Source of the DNA: a virus | DNA: 41,175 bases | Strand: one strand, 5' to 3' | Virus record (IMG/VR): IMGVR_UViG_3300022707_000755 | Made by a program: the position numbers and the translations under genes | Shown here: piece by piece, positions 1 through 8,010 of the stretch | How the letters are laid out: each line of letters opens with the position of its first letter | Position numbering within the stretch: position 1 is the stretch's first letter | Notes under the pieces: generated by a model | The model's input: only the letters and a program-made list of their open reading frames with translations | Told to the model about the DNA's origin: nothing | The model's database searches: none

Positions 1-144
1 AACTACAGGCTGAAGTTCGCTCGTTTCCATGAATATTACAATATGCAAAAAGGACAACATAACCTCAATTGAATAGGTTATACCGATTACAAGGGGTAGC
101 AAAATCTTGGTTTTATTGAAGTGTGAGTAAGCAATTGCAGAAGA
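1..144. repeat. Terminal duplication: 1-144 is identical to 41032-41175 (closure overlap of a circular or circularly permuted genome; unique length 41,031 bp)
   Basis: Direct comparison of both window ends; an ORF reads through the junction without a stop. Confidence 0.95.
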
Positions 145-324
145 TATTAGATTTGCTCCACAGAAGAATAGAAGACTTTGCCAGATATTCGCATCAGAGA
201 AGGCTACAAGAGCCCCGGAAACTGAAACTATCGCTAACCATACCGCCATATCTTTTCTGACATAAAGCGCAGCCAGGATGCATAGAATGGGTAAGATTGT
301 GAATGTTATGGCTAAGTATTCCAT
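1..324 (-). CDS. Multi-pass membrane protein, N-terminal part (ATG at 324; continues in frame into 40891-41031; about 154 aa in the closed molecule)
   Basis: Hand translation MEYLAITFTILPILCILAALYV...; same frame as track ORF 40891..41133; about five hydrophobic segments. Confidence 0.6.
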   Translation of the reverse strand, partial: MEYLAITFTILPILCILAALYVRKDMAVWLAIVSVSGALVAFSDANIWQSLLFFCGANLISSAIAYSHFNKTKILLPLVIGITYSIEVMLSFLHIVIFMETSELQPVV

Positions 325-387
325 TATGCTATTCGTGTCTTCTTTTTTGATTTAGGTTTAGGCTTTGTTTTAGCAACTTTCCGCTTC

Positions 388-576
388 TTAGGTGTAGTTT
401 TCTTTTGGTCTTTTTTGGGTTGTGTCCCGAATCCCGCGCCTGCGCCCATGAGTGTGAAGCCTCTGTAGTTCTAAGTTAGTGGTATTTACTTTAGCAGCTA
501 GTATACCCATTTCCTCATGTACGGACAAATCACTGGGTTTGGAGGTCATTATTTCCATAAATTTAGACTCGAACAT
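388..576 (-). CDS. Hypothetical protein (62 aa from the ATG that overlaps the upstream stop as TAATG; track gives 388..591)
   Basis: ORF track; start/stop coupling with the lipoprotein gene. Confidence 0.4.
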   Translation of the reverse strand: MFESKFMEIMTSKPSDLSVHEEMGILAAKVNTTNLELQRLHTHGRRRGIRDTTQKRPKENYT

Positions 577-887
577 TAAATCACCCTGCATCTGTTTAGA
601 TTGTCATCTGGATTAATCCAGCACTGAATTTTCACATTTTCACCCAGCATGAACGGGGGCCGAATGCTCCACACATCATCACTGAAATTAGACTTTATAC
701 GAACCTTGCACACTGCCAAATCGGCACCATTTGGAATGCCAAGAACACTTGTAATGCTAATGCCACCTCCACCAGTGCAAGTGCCAACCTCAGTTATGAC
801 ACCATTATGGTAAGTCCAAACCTTCTCCGGTTCTCCACATCCAGACAATACCAATCCCGATAACAGTAACGCGCTAAATTTTGACAT
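576..887 (-). CDS. Phage lipoprotein
   Basis: MSKFSALLLSGLVLSGC: signal peptide plus lipobox L-S-G-C; the track ORF starts 3 nt upstream at a TTG. Confidence 0.65.
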   Translation of the reverse strand: MSKFSALLLSGLVLSGCGEPEKVWTYHNGVITEVGTCTGGGGISITSVLGIPNGADLAVCKVRIKSNFSDDVWSIRPPFMLGENVKIQCWINPDDNLNRCRVI

Positions 888-919
888 CAATGTATATCCC
901 CTTACGGTCTATGTAGTAT

Positions 920-1081
920 TTAATCTCCATTACCTACCCACTCTGTAACTATTACATAAGTGCCCGCAGCAATAGACAGGACGACCGCCATTTGCTCACC
1001 TTCTATTCCCACATACTTGTTAGCGTAGAAACTAACAAACACTGTAAACACCAAACCTAAAACCCTAAACATCTCACTCAT
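920..1081 (-). CDS. Small membrane protein (53 aa, two hydrophobic segments)
   Basis: Hand translation MSEMFRVLGLVFTVFVSFYANKYVG...; fills a gap in the minus-strand operon. Confidence 0.45.
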   Translation of the reverse strand: MSEMFRVLGLVFTVFVSFYANKYVGIEGEQMAVVLSIAAGTYVIVTEWVGNGD

Positions 1082-1092
1082 ACCCTACCCCT

Positions 1093-1590
1093 CTATGTTA
1101 GTTCTTCATGTCCAAGTAATTTATTATTCTTTATACGGAACTCTGATGGTGACATATCATGACTATCTTTAAACCAACGATAAAATGATTGTACATCGGA
1201 ATACCCCATAAGATATGATATTTCCTTCGTGCTTTTTCCGGTTGTTATTAGAAGCTCTTTTACTAAGTCCATCCGAATTACGTTTATCAATGTTGCGAAT
1301 TTCTTATAGCTAGTCTCTGCTATCCTGCGTCTTACTGTCTGTTCATTCATGCCAATTTCATCACAGTACTTGCTTAATGTTGGCAGCCCAAGCATATAGT
1401 AAGGAGCGCAAACTCTGGCCCTAATATCGTCTACAATAAACTGTCCGCTTGTGCTTTCGTATTCATCAATTTCTTTTATTGCTACTTTTAACTGGCTAAC
1501 CGCATTTATTAAATCAGCCTTTGTTGCAGTCCTGGCCGTTAACGCTATAAGCATCATCTTTCTAGACAAATCATTCCTACTAAATAACAT
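1093..1590 (-). CDS. AraC/XylS-family transcriptional regulator (double HTH domain with a short N-terminal region)
   Basis: C-terminal 100 aa fit the AraC HTH pattern: ...CDEIGMNEQTVRRRI...INVIRMDLVKELL...KEISYLMGYSDVQSFYRWFKDSHDMSPSEFR. Confidence 0.8.
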   Translation of the reverse strand: MLFSRNDLSRKMMLIALTARTATKADLINAVSQLKVAIKEIDEYESTSGQFIVDDIRARVCAPYYMLGLPTLSKYCDEIGMNEQTVRRRIAETSYKKFATLINVIRMDLVKELLITTGKSTKEISYLMGYSDVQSFYRWFKDSHDMSPSEFRIKNNKLLGHEELT

Positions 1591-1780
1591 TCCCCACCCC
1601 TTTATATTTCTGATTGTTCGTGTGGTTTTCGGCCAACTGCAAAGCCTCTTTTACTCTATCCTGCCTTAGGCAATCCGCTATATGCTTAACCAGATCGTCG
1701 GTCTTGTTCTTATGTATAGCGTATTCCTTTATTGCCGCGTCATAAAATTTGTATTTTGGATCGTCTGGATCGTGTGTCAT
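1580..1780 (-). CDS. Hypothetical protein
   Basis: ORF track; overlaps its neighbours in operon fashion. Confidence 0.55.
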   Translation of the reverse strand: MTHDPDDPKYKFYDAAIKEYAIHKNKTDDLVKHIADCLRQDRVKEALQLAENHTNNQKYKGVGNVI

Positions 1781-2145
1781 GCCTTTACCATTTTATATAG
1801 AGGCTTAACATTGCTACCCTCAATCCTGAACGAATCATGGCCGTCATACCAAGTTGCACATTTACCATCAGAAGCTTCTGTATACTTATGGCAGATACCG
1901 CCAACCTGATTAGTTCCGCAAAAGTACCACTCACCATCTTCTAGATCTATTGGTGCGTCAGTTATGGTTCCGGATTTTAATGATATCTCTTCGCAATTAT
2001 GGGCAGTGCCTTCATCTGCTGGGCTATGTCCATATTCAAATAGACCACCTTTAACTCCAAGTAATGGATAAATACCAGAACTTCCAAACCAATAAAGCGC
2101 ACCAATCTGATAAACCTTACCGTTAACCGTTACTGTTTCCATCAC
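1777..2145 (-). CDS. Hypothetical protein
   Basis: ORF track; ATGA-type overlaps on both sides. Confidence 0.6.
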   Translation of the reverse strand: MMETVTVNGKVYQIGALYWFGSSGIYPLLGVKGGLFEYGHSPADEGTAHNCEEISLKSGTITDAPIDLEDGEWYFCGTNQVGGICHKYTEASDGKCATWYDGHDSFRIEGSNVKPLYKMVKA

Positions 2146-2414
2146 CCCTTACCCTCTGCTATCTCTTTGTTAATATCATGCTGGTACTCATAAAAAATAC
2201 CGGTCAGCTCAATTGAATCCTTGTGACTGATCTTTAGTTCAATCTTGCCTATCCATGCCCCTGATACGTCACCATCCTCATTGATGCCTATCTTTACATC
2301 AAGGCTATCATCACCCGAACAATAGTCCTGTGGTACTTGGTGCCACATATCAACAGGGGCTTCTTCAATATCAATTATGAAGTATTCAGGTGTTATCTCT
2401 TTAATTTTCGTCAT
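2142..2414 (-). CDS. Hypothetical acidic protein
   Basis: ORF track; SD AGGGGATAGG upstream. Confidence 0.6.
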   Translation of the reverse strand: MTKIKEITPEYFIIDIEEAPVDMWHQVPQDYCSGDDSLDVKIGINEDGDVSGAWIGKIELKISHKDSIELTGIFYEYQHDINKEIAEGKG

Positions 2415-2428
2415 GCTTTACCTATCCC

Positions 2429-2824
2429 CTAATCAAAAGCAAGATATTGGCGAACCAGATCTTGTGTTTCAGGCACGCTAAATACTTGAGAGGCGTTATA
2501 TTCATTTTCAAGTTTGTCCGATTTAGAGAGGAAGCTATCAATAAATGCCTTTTCTCGCTCCATATGCATTAACTGCCTACGCTTGATTAGCTTAAGGTGA
2601 TCTATAGCTTTTTCTATAGACTCTTGAGCAAATCGGCTGCCAGCTTTATATATCTTCTTTTGTTTCGCTTTTATACCAAGGTAACTACCTCCAATATCAT
2701 GTTTTTGTACGCAAAAATGAAGGCACTCAGTTTCTTTTATTGAGTGCCACTCCTCAATAAATACCTGAAGTCCGTACGCTTCAGCGTATAACTTTGCCTT
2801 ATAAAAAACCTTACCTTCAGCCAT
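2429..2824 (-). CDS. Hypothetical protein
   Basis: ORF track; SD TAAGGGGAT upstream. Confidence 0.6.
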   Translation of the reverse strand: MAEGKVFYKAKLYAEAYGLQVFIEEWHSIKETECLHFCVQKHDIGGSYLGIKAKQKKIYKAGSRFAQESIEKAIDHLKLIKRRQLMHMEREKAFIDSFLSKSDKLENEYNASQVFSVPETQDLVRQYLAFD

Positions 2825-2884
2825 TCGTTTATCCCCTTAGTGATGAATCAATAATAGGCCACTCTATATGTTTTAGCAGTGACC

Positions 2885-3325
2885 TTAACTTTCAGTGTCG
2901 GTAGCCATTTCAATCAAATCATGGTTTTCGTAAATATTACCGATAACAGCTATCTGGCCATGGGGTCCGGTAAAAATCGAGTCTGTATACCCATCATCAT
3001 TGAATTGAATGCAAAATCCACAACCGGAAAATATAACTTTCCCAATATTTGATATAGAGTCCTTATACTCATCTAATTCCATTGAGTGCCGACCTTCACT
3101 GTTTAACGATTGAGATGGCCAATCTGTATACAAAATACGTACAATGTCCCCCTCGTATATCTCTTTTCCGTTCTTATCCTTTAGCCCTGTGTATTGCATG
3201 AAAATATACTCATCCACATCAGCCATCCTCCGGCCTTCATATGAATATATCTCCTGAATTGTCGCTGTAACATTACCCATCTTTTTGTGTGGCGCTATCC
3301 ATGTCCTAAACTTAATTTCTCGCAT
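2885..3325 (-). CDS. YopX-family phage protein
   Basis: MREIKFRTW..., MQYTGLKDKNGKEIYEGDIV and VIGNIYENHDL blocks are typical of YopX. Confidence 0.85.
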   Translation of the reverse strand: MREIKFRTWIAPHKKMGNVTATIQEIYSYEGRRMADVDEYIFMQYTGLKDKNGKEIYEGDIVRILYTDWPSQSLNSEGRHSMELDEYKDSISNIGKVIFSGCGFCIQFNDDGYTDSIFTGPHGQIAVIGNIYENHDLIEMATDTES

Positions 3326-3336
3326 AACCTACCCCC

Positions 3337-3510
3337 TTAATTACCCGCTATCTCTTCGACTTTAGGACCCCAATACCACTTGTGGCCACCCTCATGCTTT
3401 GCGACATTAATTCTATCTAGCTCGTCTTGTGCTGACATCTCATGGCTAATTCCAACCAATACAGTAATGAGAGCACCCCCGATCAATCCCAATACAAAAG
3501 ACCTACCCAT
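3337..3510 (-). CDS. Small membrane-anchored protein (57 aa)
   Basis: Hand translation MGRSFVLGLIGGALITVLVGI...; overlaps the upstream gene by 8 nt. Confidence 0.5.
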   Translation of the reverse strand: MGRSFVLGLIGGALITVLVGISHEMSAQDELDRINVAKHEGGHKWYWGPKVEEIAGN

Positions 3511-3682
3511 TATCAATAATCCCTTTTTCGGTCAGCTTATCCTGAAGATCATCACTCAGCTTATTAATAGCTATGATTTCATCATGAATGTCCTCGAAGT
3601 CTAAAAGTGCTGCTGCCGAACCAAGTATCTCAAGATCATTTGCCAGCTTTAATACCTTATGGATACCTACTAATCTCTGCAT
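3503..3682 (-). CDS. Hypothetical protein (59 aa)
   Basis: Hand translation MQRLVGIHKVLKLANDLEILG...; one codon below the track cutoff. Confidence 0.5.
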   Translation of the reverse strand: MQRLVGIHKVLKLANDLEILGSAAALLDFEDIHDEIIAINKLSDDLQDKLTEKGIIDNG

Positions 3683-3744
3683 GGGTAAATCCTTTTATAT
3701 TATTATGGTTTTACTGCCGTTAAATTAGATCTAGCCTCATTATT

Positions 3745-3915
3745 TCAGTGCTTGCACGCATTTTTCTTTACATGCCGCTTTAGTGACACGGGATATTTGC
3801 TTGAAAAGTCACAATCATTACATGAGTACATCTTCTCACCCGTGTACTGCTTAGCCTTCCTGCTCACTATTGTCTTTGCGTGCAGTTTAGTTGTCTCAAT
3901 TGTTGTAAATATCAT
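3745..3915 (-). CDS. Small C2H2 (C2HC) zinc-finger protein (56 aa)
   Basis: Hand translation ...QYTGEKMYSCNDCDFSSKYPVSLKRHVKKNACKH; C-x2-C-x12-H-x5-C spacing; ATGA overlap with the upstream gene. Confidence 0.55.
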   Translation of the reverse strand: MIFTTIETTKLHAKTIVSRKAKQYTGEKMYSCNDCDFSSKYPVSLKRHVKKNACKH

Positions 3916-4400
3916 TTGTCAGACTCCGGAATTACCAAGCAGCCTAAATCTAGCATCTTGTTTATCATTATGGCCTGATCCATCTGAAAGTCCTCTGTGC
4001 AGTCGATCTTGGATTCTACCCACTCCTTTATCTTTTCACGCTTTGTTTTGATGGGGCGGAAGTCAGCTGACCACTTCAAGCAATCACCAAAGTCAAAAGC
4101 TATTGCACCGCTACTGGCATGATGTTTTAGTGCTTCTGCATAAAGCCATTCACCCTCAAGCAATGCTTCACACTCTTCACCCACTACAGGGATGTATTGC
4201 TCTGGCTCTTGCGGCTCTTGTGGTAACTCCTCAATTGGCCCGTTTGTTTCAGGGCTTTCATCAGCTTTCCAGGCAAAGCTATCGGTACGAACAAAAAAAC
4301 CATCCTTGACAAATAATGATATTTTCAAGCCCGTGCCAGCAATAAACCCAGTAGCCCCTTCTGGTACATCATGTCCCTGATACGTTTTTACTGTGCTCAT
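3912..4400 (-). CDS. Hypothetical protein
   Basis: ORF track; SD TTAAGGGGATAG upstream. Confidence 0.6.
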   Translation of the reverse strand: MSTVKTYQGHDVPEGATGFIAGTGLKISLFVKDGFFVRTDSFAWKADESPETNGPIEELPQEPQEPEQYIPVVGEECEALLEGEWLYAEALKHHASSGAIAFDFGDCLKWSADFRPIKTKREKIKEWVESKIDCTEDFQMDQAIMINKMLDLGCLVIPESDK

Positions 4401-4419
4401 GTTCTATCCCCTTAATCGA

Positions 4420-4722
4420 CTAATCTTCAAATCTAACTTTCTTAGCAATTAGCAACTTCATTGCCTCGCTATAAGCATCGTCATCAAACGCTATTCCAGC
4501 GCCACGCTCTGAAGGCTCATAAGCACACTCGCCGAATACCTGTGAAAGCTCCTGAATAAGATCATTAAGGCTTTCCTTTAGCTCATTCTCAGCATTCCAC
4601 TCTGTTAATGAGTCGCCATAAAACTCCCAATTATCAACACCTCCAGCCTCAAGCGCGTTTAGTTTTGACTCGGCGAGTTCTAACTGCTCAAGTCTGACTT
4701 TTGAAATTTCTTCTTGTTTCAT
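4420..4722 (-). CDS. Hypothetical acidic protein
   Basis: ORF track; Glu/Asp-rich. Confidence 0.6.
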   Translation of the reverse strand: MKQEEISKVRLEQLELAESKLNALEAGGVDNWEFYGDSLTEWNAENELKESLNDLIQELSQVFGECAYEPSERGAGIAFDDDAYSEAMKLLIAKKVRFED

Positions 4723-4792
4723 TCTTTCTATCCCCTGTGATTTGGTTTTATACTACTACGCTACTGGCTGTGAAATACTTCCAATATCAATG

Positions 4793-4975
4793 TTATATTC
4801 TTACTTTCATCATGTTTTCTATGGCTGTGTTTGCAATAATATAACAATGCAACCCTTTAGGCTGTTGTGCCGTTATTCCGTATGGGTAGCGCTCCTTAAA
4901 AGTCTTTTCCGAGAACTGAAAGTCTAACAATCGACCGTTATCCCATGGGCCGCTCTTATCCCTTCTATCTGTCAT
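4793..4975 (-). CDS. Hypothetical protein
   Basis: ORF track; ATGA overlap with the upstream gene. Confidence 0.45.
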   Translation of the reverse strand: MTDRRDKSGPWDNGRLLDFQFSEKTFKERYPYGITAQQPKGLHCYIIANTAIENMMKVRI

Positions 4976-5325
4976 AATCCATCCGCCCAGGTAAGATCAA
5001 GCATCTTACCGGCCAATACCTCTTGCTGGCTCATATGCTCTGCAAACCCCTCAAGCTTGACCCCATCACGGCAAATCAACTCAATATCGTTGAATGGCTT
5101 ATTCCGGTTGTTATCGCCCATATAGAATGGTGATTTACGGCAGCCATCGATAGCGGCCTTGAAGTCTTCCCACTCATAGCCTTCTTTCATGCGGTCAATA
5201 ATCGCCTTCTTGCGCTTGGCGTTCATCCTGGCGCGCGGTTTGTTCATGACCTGCTTCCAGTAATCAAATACCTGATCTTGCAGGGGTGTTACTTGCTGGG
5301 ATTCATTATCGATTACTAGTTTCAT
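4972..5325 (-). CDS. Phage protein with a DnaD / conserved-phage-C-terminus-like domain (possible replication-initiation accessory)
   Basis: Pattern VFDYWKQVMNKP....KRKKAIIDRMKEGYEWEDFKAAIDGC..SPFYMG resembles the DnaD-like phage replication domain; recognised by eye only. Confidence 0.45.
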   Translation of the reverse strand: MKLVIDNESQQVTPLQDQVFDYWKQVMNKPRARMNAKRKKAIIDRMKEGYEWEDFKAAIDGCRKSPFYMGDNNRNKPFNDIELICRDGVKLEGFAEHMSQQEVLAGKMLDLTWADGL

Positions 5326-5327
5326 GG

Positions 5328-5624
5328 TTACCCTCTCAGTAGCAATAGTTTTTGAGTGATATTCTTTGCCAAGTCTTTTCCACCATGCTTATCAGGGTGG
5401 CACAATGACAATAACTGCTTTATTTCCTTACCATTAAACTGTTGAGGCGGGCCAAGTAAGGCATTATCAAGAAATTCCCTTCCGCCTTTTTCATTTATTT
5501 TATCAACTAAATTATCCCATTTTTCAGTTAACTCATTTTTAGCCTTTATCAGCCTGGAAACCTCAGACCAAGCCCTATCGAGATCTGCTAGGGTTTTATT
5601 GTGAGTTGAATCCATTACAAACAT
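5328..5624 (-). CDS. J-domain-like protein (HPD motif)
   Basis: C-terminus KEIKQLLSLCHPDKHGGKDLAKNITQKLLLL matches J-domain helix II, the HPD loop and helix III. Confidence 0.5.
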   Translation of the reverse strand: MFVMDSTHNKTLADLDRAWSEVSRLIKAKNELTEKWDNLVDKINEKGGREFLDNALLGPPQQFNGKEIKQLLSLCHPDKHGGKDLAKNITQKLLLLRG

Positions 5625-5626
5625 AC

Positions 5627-5986
5627 TTACCCCTTAGCCTTTTTAAGCACTCTATCTGCCTGCTTGTAAGTCCAAGAATCCTCTCTATCTACACATATCA
5701 GTTCGCTCATTACAGCCTCTAAAGCCTCTACTAACTCCTTGTTGGCTTCCTTTAGCTTGTCGTTTTTTTCTCCATAATCAAAGCTTATGGATAGCGCTTT
5801 CTCCCACCCGACTTGCAGCCGAGCATTTTCCTCTACTAGCTCATCATGGCAGTTATACCGCTTCACAACCTCAACAGTCAGGGCTATAGCATCGTCATTC
5901 CTGGCGCCGCAACTAAGCGAAAACCCACTTAAGGTGGCATCTTGGCCATTGTTTAGTTTTACATTTCCGTATTCATCTATTTTCAT
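5627..5986 (-). CDS. Hypothetical protein
   Basis: ORF track. Confidence 0.6.
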   Translation of the reverse strand: MKIDEYGNVKLNNGQDATLSGFSLSCGARNDDAIALTVEVVKRYNCHDELVEENARLQVGWEKALSISFDYGEKNDKLKEANKELVEALEAVMSELICVDREDSWTYKQADRVLKKAKG

Positions 5987-6004
5987 TGTTCTTATCCCTA
6001 TAGG

Positions 6005-6367
6005 TTATTTATTCGGCTTCATTGTTGGCATGCCGAAATAACGTCTTGATTTCAGATTGCTGATTTCTTCCTTTAACCGCTCATTCTCTGCCTTTAGATC
6101 GGCTATCTGCGCATCTTTACCCACGTTTTCTTTTGTTGATATAGAATTATAAGGCGGGTAAAGGGCCGCTTTTCTACCTGACCACCAAGCCGCCTGTTGT
6201 TCATCGGTAGCTATACCGTGAGGTCGGTTTTTATATCCGAGATATCTATAATCTGGATGGTTATTACCTGCATTATGGTGAATGTCTAAGTTGTGATCCA
6301 TTAAGCATTCATCTGAATGACCTACACCATCTACAGCTTTACAGTTAAGTCCTTTGCATTTACTCAT
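6005..6367 (-). CDS. Hypothetical protein (Cys/His-rich N-terminus, coiled-coil C-terminus)
   Basis: ORF track. Confidence 0.6.
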   Translation of the reverse strand: MSKCKGLNCKAVDGVGHSDECLMDHNLDIHHNAGNNHPDYRYLGYKNRPHGIATDEQQAAWWSGRKAALYPPYNSISTKENVGKDAQIADLKAENERLKEEISNLKSRRYFGMPTMKPNK

Positions 6368-6371
6368 TGTC

Positions 6372-6536
6372 TTATTCCCCTTGTGGCTGGTTTAGTGCGG
6401 CTTCAATCATTCTTTTAACGCTCTCATAATGATGTATGTAGGTATCCATATCCGCGTGAGTTGGTAGTATTTTATCCTTCACCGCTTGTTTTACAGCAGC
6501 ATGGACCATTTCATCTGTTACTTCTGCGTTATTCAT
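6372..6536 (-). CDS. Hypothetical protein (54 aa)
   Basis: Hand translation MNNAEVTDEMVHAAVKQAVKDKILPTHADMDTY...; fills an operon gap. Confidence 0.5.
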   Translation of the reverse strand: MNNAEVTDEMVHAAVKQAVKDKILPTHADMDTYIHHYESVKRMIEAALNQPQGE

Positions 6537-6558
6537 TGTCTATCCCTTATGTGGTTAA

Positions 6559-6729
6559 TTACTTGTTATCCAGTAGCTCTAGAAGCTCTACAGATGCTGC
6601 TGATAGCTTACTTGCTAGACTTATAATGTGATCACCCGAAAGCCATCCAAGATCATGCTCAGAGCTGTCCAGTTTAATCTTAACTTCAACATATTCTGTT
6701 TGCGGTATATCTCTAATATCTATTTCCAT
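6559..6729 (-). CDS. Hypothetical protein (56 aa)
   Basis: Hand translation MEIDIRDIPQTEYVEVKIKLDSSEHDLGWL... Confidence 0.5.
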   Translation of the reverse strand: MEIDIRDIPQTEYVEVKIKLDSSEHDLGWLSGDHIISLASKLSAASVELLELLDNK

Positions 6730-6813
6730 ACTCTTCTCCCTCGGTTTATTTAATCTTAGGCTTTACTCTGGCTTTATCATTAACCATTTATTTAATATTT
6801 AATGATGATTTCG

Positions 6814-6978
6814 TTAATAAACCTCCCAATACTTGCCATTACTGCGCAGTATCATTTCTCCCAAGTCGCCGGTTATCACCTTTAAATCCGGTTCGCCTTC
6901 GTTTATATAGTCAATCAAACTTTGAAGCCCCTCTTCAGTTATAGGCTCTTTGTGGATTTCGCCTTTTTCATCTATCAC
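6814..6978 (-). CDS. Hypothetical protein (54 aa from a GTG coupled to the upstream stop as GTGA; track gives a TTG start at 7038)
   Basis: SD AAAGGAGGA lies 7 nt before the GTG; the longer track ORF would overlap the Cys-rich gene by 64 nt. Confidence 0.5.
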   Translation of the reverse strand: MIDEKGEIHKEPITEEGLQSLIDYINEGEPDLKVITGDLGEMILRSNGKYWEVY

Positions 6979-7142
6979 TTGCCATCCTCCTTTATTTCCA
7001 AACTGTACATAGCTGGCCTGTATTTGCAGTACTGGCAATCACCATCATTGCACCTGTCTTCTTGCCATTCACCGCACTTAGAGCAGTAATAAGAATCATA
7101 ATTAATGCATCGCTCTAACTTCCTGTCTTTACATTTGCACAT
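6975..7142 (-). CDS. Small Cys-rich (zinc-binding?) protein (55 aa, 9 Cys)
   Basis: Hand translation MCKCKDRKLERCINYDSYYCSKCGEWQEDRCNDGDCQYCKY...; SD AAAGGGA upstream. Confidence 0.5.
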   Translation of the reverse strand: MCKCKDRKLERCINYDSYYCSKCGEWQEDRCNDGDCQYCKYRPAMYSLEIKEDGK

Positions 7143-7145
7143 GAT

Positions 7146-7373
7146 TTATCCCTTTAAACCGGTTTCATTAATTACATATTCAAACCCTTCAAAATCATCT
7201 ATAGCCCTAACGAATCGACCAGTCCTGCCAAAATACAAAACTCCATGTTGCCATTTCCCATTGATTTTAATATCGAGTATTTCCTTAATGTAATAATTTC
7301 CATCGGTTTTAATATGCCTAATTACTGGCATTCCACCAAATTCTAGAGTTTCTTTTATTAATTCAGGTGTCAT
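7146..7373 (-). CDS. Hypothetical protein
   Basis: ORF track. Confidence 0.6.
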   Translation of the reverse strand: MTPELIKETLEFGGMPVIRHIKTDGNYYIKEILDIKINGKWQHGVLYFGRTGRFVRAIDDFEGFEYVINETGLKG

Positions 7374-7578
7374 TTTGCTTTCCTTTGGTTAATTTAATTG
7401 AACCCAACCATTCACATAAAGCTATGAATAAACCTGCTACGATTATCACCGGCAGACAAGGCCAAAAGTAGCATAGAACAAACCCACAAGCCCTGACCTC
7501 CTCATGTTCATCGCTTAGCATCCAGCTAACCAGTAAATGGCCAGCCAGTGCGATTAATACGTATATTTGTAGTTCCAT
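7363..7578 (-). CDS. Small membrane protein (71 aa from ATG; the track start is an upstream GTG at 7611)
   Basis: MELQIYVLIALAGHLLVSWML... two TM segments; SD AGAGGA before the ATG. Confidence 0.55.
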   Translation of the reverse strand: MELQIYVLIALAGHLLVSWMLSDEHEEVRACGFVLCYFWPCLPVIIVAGLFIALCEWLGSIKLTKGKQNDT

Positions 7579-7624
7579 ATCTTTTCCTCTTGGTTTATAC
7601 CCACAGTACACTCATGGGTTATTT

Positions 7625-7834
7625 TTAGTCTAATTTGTCAGGTATTGCGTTCCCCTTCATTCCATCTATATCTCTCTGGCATCTAATCCTGGCCCTAAAA
7701 TAGATCCCGAATAATCTTTGATAATACAGATAATCCTCAGACCCAGTTTTATGAGTATCCCTAAGATCTAAATGTATATCCTCCTGAAATGTCAGATATT
7801 CAAGGTCATCATGCTTTTGCTTTAGATTGTTCAT
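7625..7834 (-). CDS. Hypothetical protein
   Basis: ORF track. Confidence 0.55.
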   Translation of the reverse strand: MNNLKQKHDDLEYLTFQEDIHLDLRDTHKTGSEDYLYYQRLFGIYFRARIRCQRDIDGMKGNAIPDKLD

Positions 7835-8010
7835 CTTTCTATCCTCATCCAGTGTGTTGGGTTTAATTTCTTGCCAGTCTCATAATTAAAGTACATACCA
7901 TCAACGGTCTTTGTTTTGCACCACTGCCATCGCCCTGTAAGCAGCCCATTATCCCATCCAGTTAGGAATGAACCATCTTTAGGTGCGGTTTCAATGTCTA
8001 GCCATTTCAT
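7831..8010 (-). CDS. DUF551-like phage protein, first gene of the leftward operon (59 aa from ATG; the track start is a TTG at 8079)
   Basis: MKWLDIETAPKDGSFLTGW... resembles the DUF551 N-terminal pattern; SD AAGGATAGAG before the ATG. Confidence 0.5.
   Translation of the reverse strand: MKWLDIETAPKDGSFLTGWDNGLLTGRWQWCKTKTVDGMYFNYETGKKLNPTHWMRIER

Noticed and set aside
1-144. True direct terminal repeats (T7-like physical ends)
   Set aside because: The repeat lies inside a continuous ORF, and the packaging genes are P22-like (headful). An assembly overlap is the simpler explanation.
3752-4380. Plus-strand ORFs 3752..4051, 4103..4309 and 4192..4380
   Set aside because: They are antisense to the minus-strand operon genes (3745..3915 and 3912..4400), and 3752..4051 starts at a TTG.
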